NCBI GenBank assembly: GCA_027038175.1
Contig: JALVYB010000098.1
Location: 7,606-71,605, forward strand
Source: a candidate division WOR-3 bacterium
GTDB lineage: Bacteria > Hydrothermota > Hydrothermia > UBA1063 > CAJXJZ01
Direction: 5' to 3'
DNA length: 64,000 nt
How positions within the stretch are numbered: position 1 is the stretch's first letter; each line of letters begins with the position of its first letter. Of this stretch, positions 48,847 through 58,741 are shown piece by piece. The translations under genes and the position numbers were made by a program. Under the pieces are notes generated by a model. It saw only the letters and a program-made list of their open reading frames with translations, was not told the DNA's origin and did not search any database.

Positions 48847-50135
48847 TAAGATAACCTCCCCTGGATTCTAAGGCGGAGAAGATTCTGGTCAGCGTTTTTT
48901 ATGTAGTATGTAGCAATTCTAAAGCCTTTATAGGAAAATCTATATCCTATTTTTAATCGGTTTTTAATTGATCCAAGAAAATATCCGTCTTTTACATCGT
49001 CAAGGAAAATATACTCCTCATCTCCCTGGGAAATAATGTAACTTATGGATAAACCATAGATTCCCATAGAATATCTGAGAAGGTAAGAAGGAGACCCTAT
49101 TGTTTTTACAATAGAAAAATAGGTGTAGTTTCTGCCGTATTTACCTGTACTCAGATATATTCTGGTCTTGTCATAGTAAGTTTTTTTGAGACCTATATTG
49201 AAGAAAGCATGTTTCTGTAAGAGGTGAAAATGGAGCGTTGTTGAAAGACGCATGAATCCCCTGTAAGTGTGTTTGTATGAAGCGTATGTTTTGATGGATG
49301 TATATTTACTGATTGTGTATCTTGAGTATATATGCCCCCCATAGATTCTGTAATCAGTGTATTTTGAGTAAATATCGAAGAAGGTGGTGTTTCTGCCCCT
49401 GTTTTCACCGGTTGAAAAGTAGAATACAGGGTTATTGTTAAATTGACCTGCCTCAATGTATAATCCTTTATGGACTAAAGAGAAGGTATATGCACTTTTT
49501 ATTGATGATGTTCCATTTATGAACATGAGAGCAAACGGACCATAGTAAATTTTAAACAGGTTTTTATGAGGGGTGTGGAAAAGGAGAATGTGTTTTGCAG
49601 TAAGGCCAAAATTATAGGTCGTATCCCTTTTTAGGCCGTCCTTTCTACGTATCACTCCATAATATTCAGTAAGTCCACCCCTGAAGACAGGGAATATATA
49701 TCCCTGGTAGATAGAGAAGTAACGGGTATGGACCGCATTCATGAAAAGGGTTTTATTTTCGTACTTCCATATAGAAGCCACAGGCATGTCTTTTAAAAAC
49801 ACGCTTACTCTGTAAGACACTGATGTATCCATGGTTAGCGATGCGTATAGAGTATGCGTGTGGTTAAAGTAAAAAACGTTGCCTAAATAGGCAGTCTCAA
49901 AGGGGAGAAGGCCTATTCTGTTTGACAGATCCTCTATAGATTTAAAGGGCTTTTTTTTACGTTCTATCATGATTAAACCAATTTCCCTGTCTGAAAGGAA
50001 TGGTATCTGGGAAAGAGCCTCATAGGATGCCGTGTTGGGATTTAAAATTCGAATAAAATCAAAGGAGATATCAAGAGAGTCTGTTATGTAGCCTGAGTGA
50101 GAAAAAATAGAATAAGCCAATAATAGTCTTAGCAT
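48843..50135 (-). CDS. hypothetical outer-membrane beta-barrel-like protein (C-terminal ...GRLSY)
   Basis: 430 aa, Tyr/Thr/Ser-rich alternating pattern with a terminal aromatic residue. Overlaps the Nudix gene by 65 nt, so the true start may be internal. Confidence 0.3.
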   Translation of the reverse strand: MLRLLLAYSIFSHSGYITDSLDISFDFIRILNPNTASYEALSQIPFLSDREIGLIMIERKKKPFKSIEDLSNRIGLLPFETAYLGNVFYFNHTHTLYASLTMDTSVSYRVSVFLKDMPVASIWKYENKTLFMNAVHTRYFSIYQGYIFPVFRGGLTEYYGVIRRKDGLKRDTTYNFGLTAKHILLFHTPHKNLFKIYYGPFALMFINGTSSIKSAYTFSLVHKGLYIEAGQFNNNPVFYFSTGENRGRNTTFFDIYSKYTDYRIYGGHIYSRYTISKYTSIKTYASYKHTYRGFMRLSTTLHFHLLQKHAFFNIGLKKTYYDKTRIYLSTGKYGRNYTYFSIVKTIGSPSYLLRYSMGIYGLSISYIISQGDEEYIFLDDVKDGYFLGSIKNRLKIGYRFSYKGFRIATYYIKNADQNLLRLRIQGRLSY

Positions 50136-50601
50136 CTTCTATGTTCCCCTCTTTGAGCATCTTATATGCATCATCCACTGTAAGTTTAACCACCTTTAAA
50201 AATTCGTCTTTATCCTCCGGTAATTTTGATCGTCGCAGGTTCTCGGCAATGTAAAGGTACATGTATTCGGTGGAGTAACCCGGCACTGTGTAAAATCTTG
50301 CCACAGGAATTAGCGTTTCTGGGAAAAAGCCCACCTCCTCCTGGAGTTCTCTTCTTGCGCATTCTGCAGGGTCTTCATTTTTCTCAAGTTTCCCTGCTGG
50401 CAATTCAAGTAACTCTTTACCGGCAGGATGTCTGTACTGTTCTACAAAATATATGTGTTCACCATCAAATGGAAGTATAGTCACAGCCCCGGGATAAGAG
50501 ACATACTCTCTTACGAAATTGTGGCTGTTATGCTGTAGAGTATCTTTTATTAGATCAAATATTTTGCCTTTATAAAGTATTTCGCTTTTTATAATTTTCA
50601 T
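50071..50601 (-). CDS. NUDIX hydrolase (ADP-ribose pyrophosphatase-like)
   Basis: 176 aa with the Nudix box GKLEKNEDPAECARRELQEEVG. Confidence 0.8.
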   Translation of the reverse strand: MKIIKSEILYKGKIFDLIKDTLQHNSHNFVREYVSYPGAVTILPFDGEHIYFVEQYRHPAGKELLELPAGKLEKNEDPAECARRELQEEVGFFPETLIPVARFYTVPGYSTEYMYLYIAENLRRSKLPEDKDEFLKVVKLTVDDAYKMLKEGNIEDAKTIIGLFYFFSLRLHNRLS

Positions 50602-51521
50602 GGAAGCTCAAAGTTCTCTATATCCTGGAGGGTGTCAACGTTCACGACAGTTACATCACGGTTAATCCTTTTTATAAGGCCTGATAGAACCCTTTTAGGA
50701 CCTATCTCCACAAATGTGTCAATTTTGAGTTTCTCTATGGCGTACTGTATGGAGTCTACCCACCTTACGGGACCTGTAAGTTGCTTTACAAGGTCCTCTT
50801 TTAATTTATCACCAAACAGAACACTTCTTGCCTCAATGTTGGGTATTACAGGAACAGTGGGATCGTGAAAGGTAAAGTTATCAAGATAGGCTTTAAATTC
50901 CTGCTGTGCCTCAAACATGAATTTGGAATGAAACGCACCAGAGACATTTAATCTTATAACCTTTCTTGCACCGAGTTCCTTGAAATGTTTCTCAGCCTTT
51001 TCGAGGGCCCATAGGCTTCCTGATACCACTATCTGTTTGGGTTCATTGTAATTAGCAATGGTCAATTCACCCATATAATTTTTAATTACTTCATCTATTT
51101 TTTCTTTTTCAAGCCCAATTACGGCTGTCATACCACCGTTTTTAGCCTGGGACATTAAATCTGCCCTTTTGTTTACAATGCTTATTCCATCTCTGAATGA
51201 GTAAACGTCTGCTGCTGCAAGGGCAGTAAGTTCGCCAAGGCTGTGCCCTGCCACAGCATGATATTTGAGATGATTGTGCTCATTAAGCAGTTTAAAAACC
51301 ACGTATGAGTGAACAAATATTGCAGGCTGTGTAAAGGTTGTATCATTGAGTTTCTCTTCTGGTCCATTTTCCATTACGTATCTTAAGGGTTTGCCTGTTA
51401 TTTCCTCTGCCTCTTTGACAAGTTCTATTGCCTCATAGCTTTCCTTTAGAATATCTTTCATCATTCCTACATATTGTGACCCCTGCCCGGGGAAGACCAG
51501 CATTATTTTTTTCATAGCCAT
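50598..51521 (-). CDS. fabD: malonyl-CoA:ACP transacylase
   Basis: 307 aa containing FPGQGSQYVGM and the active-site motif GHSLGE. Confidence 0.9.
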   Translation of the reverse strand: MAMKKIMLVFPGQGSQYVGMMKDILKESYEAIELVKEAEEITGKPLRYVMENGPEEKLNDTTFTQPAIFVHSYVVFKLLNEHNHLKYHAVAGHSLGELTALAAADVYSFRDGISIVNKRADLMSQAKNGGMTAVIGLEKEKIDEVIKNYMGELTIANYNEPKQIVVSGSLWALEKAEKHFKELGARKVIRLNVSGAFHSKFMFEAQQEFKAYLDNFTFHDPTVPVIPNIEARSVLFGDKLKEDLVKQLTGPVRWVDSIQYAIEKLKIDTFVEIGPKRVLSGLIKRINRDVTVVNVDTLQDIENFELP

Positions 51522-52684
51522 TCCTCCATCAAAAAACCGTTTAAATATCTACTCTCCGGAAAGGAGAGGATTTCAGGATGGTCATAATCCTGGGTAAACT
51601 CTTTAAGCAGTCTAAACTGTCTGGCATTTAAATCAAAAACGCTTTTTAGCACTTCCAAAAGGTCGTCCCTTTTTATATACGAAGAGCAGGAAAAAATTGC
51701 AATTTTTCCACCAGTTTTGAGGTATTTAAGAGCCATATCAACGAGGTTATAGTATGCTTTAAGGCCTTTTTCTCTGGTTTTTCTTGAACGAGCAAAGGAC
51801 GGTGGGTCTAAAATAATCAGGTCAAACTTTATCTGGGATGAGGCGAACTCGTCAAGGAATTTAAAAGCATCTTCTTCAAACGGCACAACCCGTTTCTCCT
51901 TAAATCCATTCAATTTGAGATTTTCAAAAAGTATGCTAAGGGCATTTTTCTGTGAGTCCACCACATAAACTCTTTTTGCCCTTCCTCTCAAAAGGTGCAT
52001 GGTAAACCCACCCTGATAGGAGAAAAGTTCAAGTACATCTTTCTCCTTTGCAAATGGTTCCATGAGGAGCCAGTTTTGTTTCTGGTCAAGGAAGAGTCCG
52101 GTTTTCTGCCCTCCCTCAACGTCAACCATGAAAGAAAGCCCATTTATATTGACAACAAGATTCTCCGGGAGTTCTCCTAATAGTATACCTTTTTCCTCAG
52201 GTATTCCCTCTTCTCTTGCTGAGTGTTTTGTATTCTTCTCATATATGAATTCTGGGTCAAACAGGTCATAAAGAGCATCTGTGACGAGTTTTTTTCTTTT
52301 ATACATACCAAAGGAGGAAAACTGAATCACAAATCCCTTGGCGTATTTGTCCACGATAAGACCCGGCAACATATCACTTTCTCCAAAAACGAGCCTGTAT
52401 GCGTCTTCTTCAAATCCTTTTGTTTTTATTCTCTTTTCATGTGCTTTAAATATTCTTTCTTTTATTTCGGCATAACCGAGTGGTTCTTTTTTACGGGAGT
52501 AGAAACGAAGCACAATGTCCGAATCAGGATTGTAAAGAGCAGAACCTAAAAACTTTCCTCTTCTATTGTAAACAAGGACATTATCACCCTTTTCCGCATC
52601 AGATGTATCCAGTATATTGCCAGAAAATATCCATGGGTGATTACCATATCTTGAAACAGGTCCCTTTACCTTTACCCTTTTCAT
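51512..52684 (-). CDS. 23S rRNA m5C methyltransferase RlmI-like (PUA + class I SAM MTase)
   Basis: 390 aa with an N-terminal PUA-like region and the LIILDPPSFARS (DPPxF) motif. Confidence 0.7.
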   Translation of the reverse strand: MKRVKVKGPVSRYGNHPWIFSGNILDTSDAEKGDNVLVYNRRGKFLGSALYNPDSDIVLRFYSRKKEPLGYAEIKERIFKAHEKRIKTKGFEEDAYRLVFGESDMLPGLIVDKYAKGFVIQFSSFGMYKRKKLVTDALYDLFDPEFIYEKNTKHSAREEGIPEEKGILLGELPENLVVNINGLSFMVDVEGGQKTGLFLDQKQNWLLMEPFAKEKDVLELFSYQGGFTMHLLRGRAKRVYVVDSQKNALSILFENLKLNGFKEKRVVPFEEDAFKFLDEFASSQIKFDLIILDPPSFARSRKTREKGLKAYYNLVDMALKYLKTGGKIAIFSCSSYIKRDDLLEVLKSVFDLNARQFRLLKEFTQDYDHPEILSFPESRYLNGFLMEEWL

Positions 52685-52704
52685 ATTAAAATTTTACTCC
52701 AATC

Positions 52705-53799
52705 TCATAAGACCTGCAAGCAATGTTCCATACATTGAGGCTCGTATGAACAGTTGGTGATACAATTAATTATAGAGCGAATTCTGGAGTGATCTATCCC
52801 CTGGGTATTTACTATCTTTTTGAGTCTTGCAACATACCTCAGTTTTAAATTGTCTTTTATTATTGACAGTGCAAGTATCTCTTTTTCCTGAAATTCTTTA
52901 AGTATTCTCTGATAGAGCGCGGAGTCCTCTCTTTTCTCAAGGGCAATGGAAAGAATTTTTTTCTCTTTTCTTGTGAGTGGCCAGGTTACAAGGCGGTCTT
53001 TCATAAGAGGGATGAAGAAGAAAATCCATATGTCTTTATTGTGAGGGAGGATACCATCAAGGTTGCTAAAAGCTGTGTAGTGTCTGTTTGTGAGAGATAT
53101 ATCCAGGATAGAAAACCTTGCCATTTCCTTTATTATTTCTGTTCGAGTATATTCCTCCGCTATTTTTTTGAGTTCATTAATTATCCTCTGTTTTGAGAGT
53201 AATTCCACAAACTTAAGGCTTTTTTCGATTTCTTTTAACGTAAGGGCATCATAGTTTAACCCCATTCTGGCTTTGTATCTTATACCTCTGAATATACGCG
53301 TGGGGTCATCCCTAAAACTTCCTTTATAGTTTACTCTCAAAACCCTGTTTTTTAAATCCCAGAGGCCATTTTTGGGGTCAATAATTTGTAGTGTTTTGGG
53401 GTCAAGGTAGAGGCTGTTTATTGTAAAGTCTCTTCTATGAATGTCTTCCTCTATTGAGAAGGCAGGGCTGACATGTGGAAGTGTGGCAGGTTCAGGATAA
53501 CGTTCTCTTCTGAAATGGGCAAGGTTTATGACAAAACCGGTTTCCGTGACATAATTGATTGTAAAAAAGCGCGTTGTCTGGAAGTTTTTTATACTGTATG
53601 TGTTTTCAATGAGTCTCTGGACAGAGTGAATAGGTCCACAGAATGCTATATCAGCGTCTTTTGGATGTTCACCCAGAATTATATCTCTGGGTATTCCTCC
53701 CACAAAAAACGTGTTTTCAGGAAGGTCTTTAAGTCCATAAAATAGAGGGTGAATGTAGGATGGCAGGCTCAAATAGAGCCTGCCAGAGGAGATTCTCAC
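52705..53799 (-). CDS. CCA-adding enzyme / poly(A) polymerase family nucleotidyltransferase
   Basis: 364 aa with the head-domain motif FFVGGIPRDIILGEHPKDADIAF. Confidence 0.6.
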   Translation of the reverse strand: MRISSGRLYLSLPSYIHPLFYGLKDLPENTFFVGGIPRDIILGEHPKDADIAFCGPIHSVQRLIENTYSIKNFQTTRFFTINYVTETGFVINLAHFRRERYPEPATLPHVSPAFSIEEDIHRRDFTINSLYLDPKTLQIIDPKNGLWDLKNRVLRVNYKGSFRDDPTRIFRGIRYKARMGLNYDALTLKEIEKSLKFVELLSKQRIINELKKIAEEYTRTEIIKEMARFSILDISLTNRHYTAFSNLDGILPHNKDIWIFFFIPLMKDRLVTWPLTRKEKKILSIALEKREDSALYQRILKEFQEKEILALSIIKDNLKLRYVARLKKIVNTQGIDHSRIRSIINCITNCSYEPQCMEHCLQVL

Positions 53800-53801
53800 A
53801 T

Positions 53802-54272
53802 TCAGGATTCTGTATCAATTAAAAATAAAACCTGATTGTATTCAACTGGCTGTGCATTCTCCACGAGTATGTCAACCACCTTACCATCCACATCTGACTC
53901 AATTTCATTCATAACTTTCATGGCTTCAACAATGCAAAGCACCTGCCCTTTCTTTACATGGTCACCTTTCTCAACAAAGGGTGGGGCTCCAGGTGAGGGG
54001 GCTCTATAGAATGTGCCAACTATGGGAGAACGGATTTCATGATATTTTTTTCCACTTTGCTGTGTTTTCTTCTCAGTTGTATCTTTTTGGGTTTCCTCAA
54101 CTTTTGAAGGCCCCGTAACCGGTTCACGGGTAACATATTCATACTGTCCAAGGGGAATAGGTGCATGTTTGAATACTATTCTTATCCGGGAAAACAGGGA
54201 GCGGTATTCTATTTCATCTACCCCGTTTTCCTTTCCTATTTTCACAAGTTCTTTTATCTTTTTGAGATTCAT
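53802..54272 (-). CDS. accB: biotin carboxyl carrier protein of acetyl-CoA carboxylase
   Basis: 156 aa with the C-terminal biotinyl domain ...[15 protein letters not shown]. Confidence 0.85.
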   Translation of the reverse strand: MNLKKIKELVKIGKENGVDEIEYRSLFSRIRIVFKHAPIPLGQYEYVTREPVTGPSKVEETQKDTTEKKTQQSGKKYHEIRSPIVGTFYRAPSPGAPPFVEKGDHVKKGQVLCIVEAMKVMNEIESDVDGKVVDILVENAQPVEYNQVLFLIDTES

Positions 54273-54274
54273 AA

Positions 54275-54826
54275 CTATTTAACCCTTTCTATATATTTGT
54301 CTGACCGGGTGTCTATTTTGATCTTGTCCCCAACCTGAATAAAAAGAGGTACCTGTATTACTTTGCCCGTTTCCAGTTTGGCCGGTTTTGAACCTCCTGA
54401 GGCAGTATCCCCTTTAAGACCCGGGTCTGTTTCCACTACCTCAAGTTCCACAAATGTTGGAGGTTCAACATTGATTGGCATACCTTCTGCGTAAAGAATC
54501 ATAACTTCCATACCTTCTTTGATATAGCCTAAGATATGGTCGATCTGGTTTTTCTTAAAGAGTATATCCTCATAGGTCTCTGAATCGAGAAAATGGTAGT
54601 TGTCCCCCTCTATGTAAGAAAATGTTGCTGGTCTTCTTTCAATATGCACCTCTTCTATCTCTGAGTCGTCTTTAAAACTTACGTCTTTAGTCAGTCCAGT
54701 AGTTGCATTTTTGAGTTTAAGTCTGAGAGTGGCTCCACCACGACCCATATGTGTATGGGAAAAATCAACGATAAAGTAGATTTCACCATTGTAGCGTATG
54801 GCCATTCCTTTTCTTACATCAGGCAT
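54275..54826 (-). CDS. efp: elongation factor P
   Basis: 183 aa. The sequence ...[27 protein letters not shown]... is canonical EF-P. Confidence 0.9.
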   Translation of the reverse strand: MPDVRKGMAIRYNGEIYFIVDFSHTHMGRGGATLRLKLKNATTGLTKDVSFKDDSEIEEVHIERRPATFSYIEGDNYHFLDSETYEDILFKKNQIDHILGYIKEGMEVMILYAEGMPINVEPPTFVELEVVETDPGLKGDTASGGSKPAKLETGKVIQVPLFIQVGDKIKIDTRSDKYIERVK

Positions 54827-54843
54827 ACATACCTCCTTGTTTG

Positions 54844-55911
54844 TTAAAGTTCAATAAGTTCTTTAGGACTATTTGTAATAATTTCGTATCCATCTTTCTT
54901 TACGAGGACCATGTCCTCTATTCTAACTCCAAATCTGTCTTTTAGATATATACCCGGTTCAATGGTTATCACCATTCCTTCTTTGAGGATTATTTCTGAT
55001 TTTGAGTTAACAGGAGGTGATTCATGAACATCAATGCCCACACCATGTCCAAGTCCATGTGTGAAGAACTCACCATATCCTGCCTCTTTAATAATATCCC
55101 TTGCTATTTTGTCAATATCCTTTGCTTTTTCCCCCTCTTTAACATTTTCTTCCGCTTTTTTCTGGGCATTGAGCACAGTGGTATATACCTTTTTAAATTC
55201 ATCGTCTGCCTTTCCAATAAAAATTGTTCTCGTCATATCTGAGGCATATCCGTTGTAATATACGCCAAAATCCATAAGGAGATTTGAATTGTTTCTGATT
55301 AAAACATTTCTTGGCCTGGCGTGTGGAATGGCTGAATTCTCCCTTGTGGCAACGATAGTTTTAAAAGAATAGCCCTCAGCACCCATCTTTTTCATCTGAT
55401 ACTCCATTTCCGCAGCAAGGTCCAGTTCTGTTAGTCTATCAGGTTTCAGATTGTCCAGAACATACTGGAATATGTCATCAGTGATTTTCTGTGCTTTCTT
55501 AATGAAATCGAGCTCAGACTCATCCTTTTGTGCTCTCAGTCTCTCTACAAGATTGGTTATCTGCCGTATTCTGGAGTTGTTCTTACAATAAAGCAGGTTA
55601 AACATGTGTAGGGATATGCTCTCTTCTATGCCCATGCTTTTTGAATTTTTTAAATCTTGTGCGACTAAGGAAGCAAGGTCTTTCCCTTCAAGTATTTTTA
55701 CCTCGACGCTCTTATGGATTTGAGTTTCTGCTTCTATTTTAAAGAGTGGGTATGTATAAAGGAAAGCATTACTCTCTGTAATGAGTAAATATGCTGAATC
55801 TCCTCTATAGCCTGTGAGATAGTAAATGTTGGAGGGGTTCAATGTGAAATACGCATCAAGCCTCTCCTCTTTCATTATGTCCCTGAATTTATTTAATCTA
55901 ATCTCATACAT
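54844..55911 (-). CDS. pepP: Xaa-Pro aminopeptidase (M24B)
   Basis: 355 aa with a creatinase N-terminal domain and the M24 metal ligands (HGLGHGVGIDVHE...). Confidence 0.85.
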   Translation of the reverse strand: MYEIRLNKFRDIMKEERLDAYFTLNPSNIYYLTGYRGDSAYLLITESNAFLYTYPLFKIEAETQIHKSVEVKILEGKDLASLVAQDLKNSKSMGIEESISLHMFNLLYCKNNSRIRQITNLVERLRAQKDESELDFIKKAQKITDDIFQYVLDNLKPDRLTELDLAAEMEYQMKKMGAEGYSFKTIVATRENSAIPHARPRNVLIRNNSNLLMDFGVYYNGYASDMTRTIFIGKADDEFKKVYTTVLNAQKKAEENVKEGEKAKDIDKIARDIIKEAGYGEFFTHGLGHGVGIDVHESPPVNSKSEIILKEGMVITIEPGIYLKDRFGVRIEDMVLVKKDGYEIITNSPKELIEL

Positions 55912-55914
55912 GTT

Positions 55915-56184
55915 TTAAAGTCCCTCCATTTCCTTTGAAAGTTTAGAAAGGTTCTGCTTTCGTGGTTTATCTTTAAAAATCTCTCTTTTGAGTTTCATGT
56001 ATTCTTCCCATAATTCAGGTTTTAAAGGAAAAAGAAGAAGGGCCGCTCTTCTTAAGTAGGGAAGTGCTGCTTTCTTATTACGGGATAAAAATTCCTTATA
56101 TCGCGCCTCAAATATCGGTCCAATGAAATCGCTGTTTATTTCATTATCTTTACCTTTCTTCCACATATTTTTTCCTGAGTGCAT
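55915..56184 (-). CDS. small basic hypothetical protein
   Basis: 89 aa ORF wedged between pepP and pth, overlapping the pth start by 35 nt. No recognisable domain. Confidence 0.3.
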   Translation of the reverse strand: MHSGKNMWKKGKDNEINSDFIGPIFEARYKEFLSRNKKAALPYLRRAALLLFPLKPELWEEYMKLKREIFKDKPRKQNLSKLSKEMEGL

Positions 56185-56743
56185 TAATTTCGCCCTGTAT
56201 TATATGAAAATCTTTAACTTCTATATTCTGAAGGATATTGCTCATATCTTCAAATAATTGTAGGTATACTTTGAGTTCATCTTCAGGGATATGGGAAAGC
56301 ACATAGTCTCGTGGAGTCATATTTTGAGGTTTCCCTATCCCTATTTTCAATCTCCAGAACTCCTCACTCTCTATGTTATAGATAATTGATTCTATTCCTC
56401 TGTGTCCTCCACTTGAGCCTCCAAATTTCATTTTTACGGAAAATTTGGGCATATCAAGGTCATCATGAACCACAATAAGATTTTCGTAGGGTACCTCTAA
56501 GTATTTCTCGTAAAACTCCTTTATGGCTATTCCTGAGAGATTCATAAATGTGGTTGGTTTTAAAAAATAGATTTCGTTATATGAAGCGATATAGAATTTA
56601 CCCCTTCCTGGTAAAAAGTTGACCCCAAGTCTTCTGGTATGAAAATCTAAAAATAAAAAGCCGAGATTGTGAAATGTATGGGAATAAGCGGGACCCGGAT
56701 TCCCGAGTCCCACAATGAGAAAATTATTCTGTTTCTTTTTCAC
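56150..56743 (-). CDS. pth: peptidyl-tRNA hydrolase
   Basis: 197 aa containing FLIVGLGNPGPAYSHTFHNLGF, the canonical Pth motif. Confidence 0.85.
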   Translation of the reverse strand: MKKKQNNFLIVGLGNPGPAYSHTFHNLGFLFLDFHTRRLGVNFLPGRGKFYIASYNEIYFLKPTTFMNLSGIAIKEFYEKYLEVPYENLIVVHDDLDMPKFSVKMKFGGSSGGHRGIESIIYNIESEEFWRLKIGIGKPQNMTPRDYVLSHIPEDELKVYLQLFEDMSNILQNIEVKDFHIIQGEINALRKKYVEER

Positions 56744-57347
56744 CCTCTTCCTGTTCAGGGGCTTCTTCTGTACCTTCCTCTGGTGTTACCTCTTCTTTCC
56801 TGCCGTGGTGAATTACACAGATAATTTCTTCAGGGTCTTCAAGGACTTCAACATCTTCTATCTTAATGTCTTCGACCTTTATCATATCTCCTATACCAAG
56901 GGACTCAATGTTAAATTCAATATGTGGCGGTAATTTGGAGGGAACTGCTCTCACCTGAACCTCTTTCAGATTTTGCTCAAGTACTCCACCTTCTTTCACG
57001 CCCTTTGGTGTTCCAATAAGAACAAGCGGAACGCTTGCAACGATTTTTTCACCTTCGTGTACTATCTGGAAGTCTATGTGCTCAAGTTTTCCGTAAACAG
57101 GGTCTCTTTGTACATCCTTTACGATAACTTTTTTATCTTTGTTCCCCTCTATTTTCAGAGTTAATATGACATTTTCGCCGTGTGATTTTCTGAAAAACGT
57201 TTCAAATGCATGTGCCTCTACCATGAGCATGGTGTTTGCCTCTCCCTTCCCATACATAATTGCCGGGACCCAGCCGTCTCTTCTTAATTTTTTTGCATAC
57301 TCCTTTCCCTTTTTCTCACGCGGTTTTGCAGTTAAAATGTATTCCAT
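56724..57347 (-). CDS. rplY: 50S ribosomal protein L25 / general stress protein Ctc
   Basis: 207 aa with a ribosomal L25 beta-barrel N-terminus and an acidic C-terminal tail. Confidence 0.85.
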   Translation of the reverse strand: MEYILTAKPREKKGKEYAKKLRRDGWVPAIMYGKGEANTMLMVEAHAFETFFRKSHGENVILTLKIEGNKDKKVIVKDVQRDPVYGKLEHIDFQIVHEGEKIVASVPLVLIGTPKGVKEGGVLEQNLKEVQVRAVPSKLPPHIEFNIESLGIGDMIKVEDIKIEDVEVLEDPEEIICVIHHGRKEEVTPEEGTEEAPEQEEGEKETE

Positions 57348-57480
57348 GAGAATATACCTCCTCTCTCAAATCTTTAAGTTGTAATATTTTAAGTGCTTTA
57401 TTTCAGTCGGTCAAACTATTTCCTCCAAAATGCGTGCTCTTTTTGAATATCGTTACCTCTCCAGTATAATAGATAAGGCT

Positions 57481-58740
57481 ATGAATAGAGGATATGTAGA
57501 TATTGTGCTTGGACTTCAGTGGGGAGATGAGGGGAAGGGGCGAGTTGTTCACTATCTTTCCAGAGACTACGAACTTGTGGTTAGATTTCAGGGTGGAGCG
57601 AATGCAGGACATACGGTCTATATAAACGGAGAAAAATATGTTCTTCACCTTGTTCCAACGGGAATATTGCATAATGGCGTAAAGGTAGCAATAGGACCTG
57701 GAGTTGTTCTTGACCCGGAGGTTTTGAGCGAAGAGATACAGTTTTTAAGGGGAGCAGGGATTGATGTGGATGGCAGGCTATTTATTGACCCCAGGACCCC
57801 TATTGTGTTTCCCTTTCACAAAAGGGAAGATGCACTTTTTGAGGAAAAAGGTGGCATAGGAAGTACAAAGAGGGGCATAGCACCTGCTTACAGGGACCTT
57901 TATCAGAGATTTGCTGTTCGGGTGGGTGATATTCTGGACGAAAGTCAACTTGATAAGATGGTTAGAAAGCAACTGGAATTCAATAATATAATTCTGAGGC
58001 ACTTTGGCGAGAGGGAATTGAATGTAAGCGATGTAAAAGATTGGGTTTTAAGTTATAAAAATATCATTGAGCCCGCTATTTTGGATGTCTCGTTGCTAAT
58101 AAGGGAGCATGTGCTTCAGGGTAAAAGGGTCCTTCTTGAAGGAGCACAGGGAACACTGCTTGATATATTTTTTGGTAACTACCCATATGTCACATCTTCT
58201 CATACAATAGCCGGCGGGGCGCTTGTAGGAGCAGGTTTCGGAAAAGATGTTATAAGAAGAGTGTATGGAGTGTTTAAGGCCTATGTTACCAGAGTCGGCA
58301 AGGGACCTTTCCCAACTGAATTAAAAGATGATACAGGAGAGGAAATAGCAAGTAAAGGAGAGGAGTTTGGCGCAACCACGGGAAGAAAGAGGAGGGTAGG
58401 CTGGCTTGATATACCATTATTGAAATACGCTATCTGGATTTCAGGAGTAACCCATCCTGTTATGACCAAACTGGATGTACTTGAAGGCTTTAGAGAAGTC
58501 AAACTTGCGGTCTCTTACAGACTGGATGGTGAGTTTTATGACATGATTACTCCTGCCAGCTTGAGTCTTGAACGGGTAGAGCCGGTTTATGAGAGTTATG
58601 GGCCTTTTGAGGGTATTAAGAATGCAGAAAGTCGTGATGCTTTTGGAGAAGGGGTAAAGGAGTATATCAAAAGGATAGAAAATTTAATTGAGATGCCTAT
58701 AAGCAGCATATCAAAGGGGAAAGAAAACGATTTAATTTAA
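57481..58740 (+). CDS. purA: adenylosuccinate synthetase
   Basis: Start re-placed at MNRGYVDIVLGLQWGDEGKGR. Contains the GDEGKGK and GGANAGHTV motifs. Confidence 0.9.
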   Translation: MNRGYVDIVLGLQWGDEGKGRVVHYLSRDYELVVRFQGGANAGHTVYINGEKYVLHLVPTGILHNGVKVAIGPGVVLDPEVLSEEIQFLRGAGIDVDGRLFIDPRTPIVFPFHKREDALFEEKGGIGSTKRGIAPAYRDLYQRFAVRVGDILDESQLDKMVRKQLEFNNIILRHFGERELNVSDVKDWVLSYKNIIEPAILDVSLLIREHVLQGKRVLLEGAQGTLLDIFFGNYPYVTSSHTIAGGALVGAGFGKDVIRRVYGVFKAYVTRVGKGPFPTELKDDTGEEIASKGEEFGATTGRKRRVGWLDIPLLKYAIWISGVTHPVMTKLDVLEGFREVKLAVSYRLDGEFYDMITPASLSLERVEPVYESYGPFEGIKNAESRDAFGEGVKEYIKRIENLIEMPISSISKGKENDLI

Positions 58741-58741
58741 A

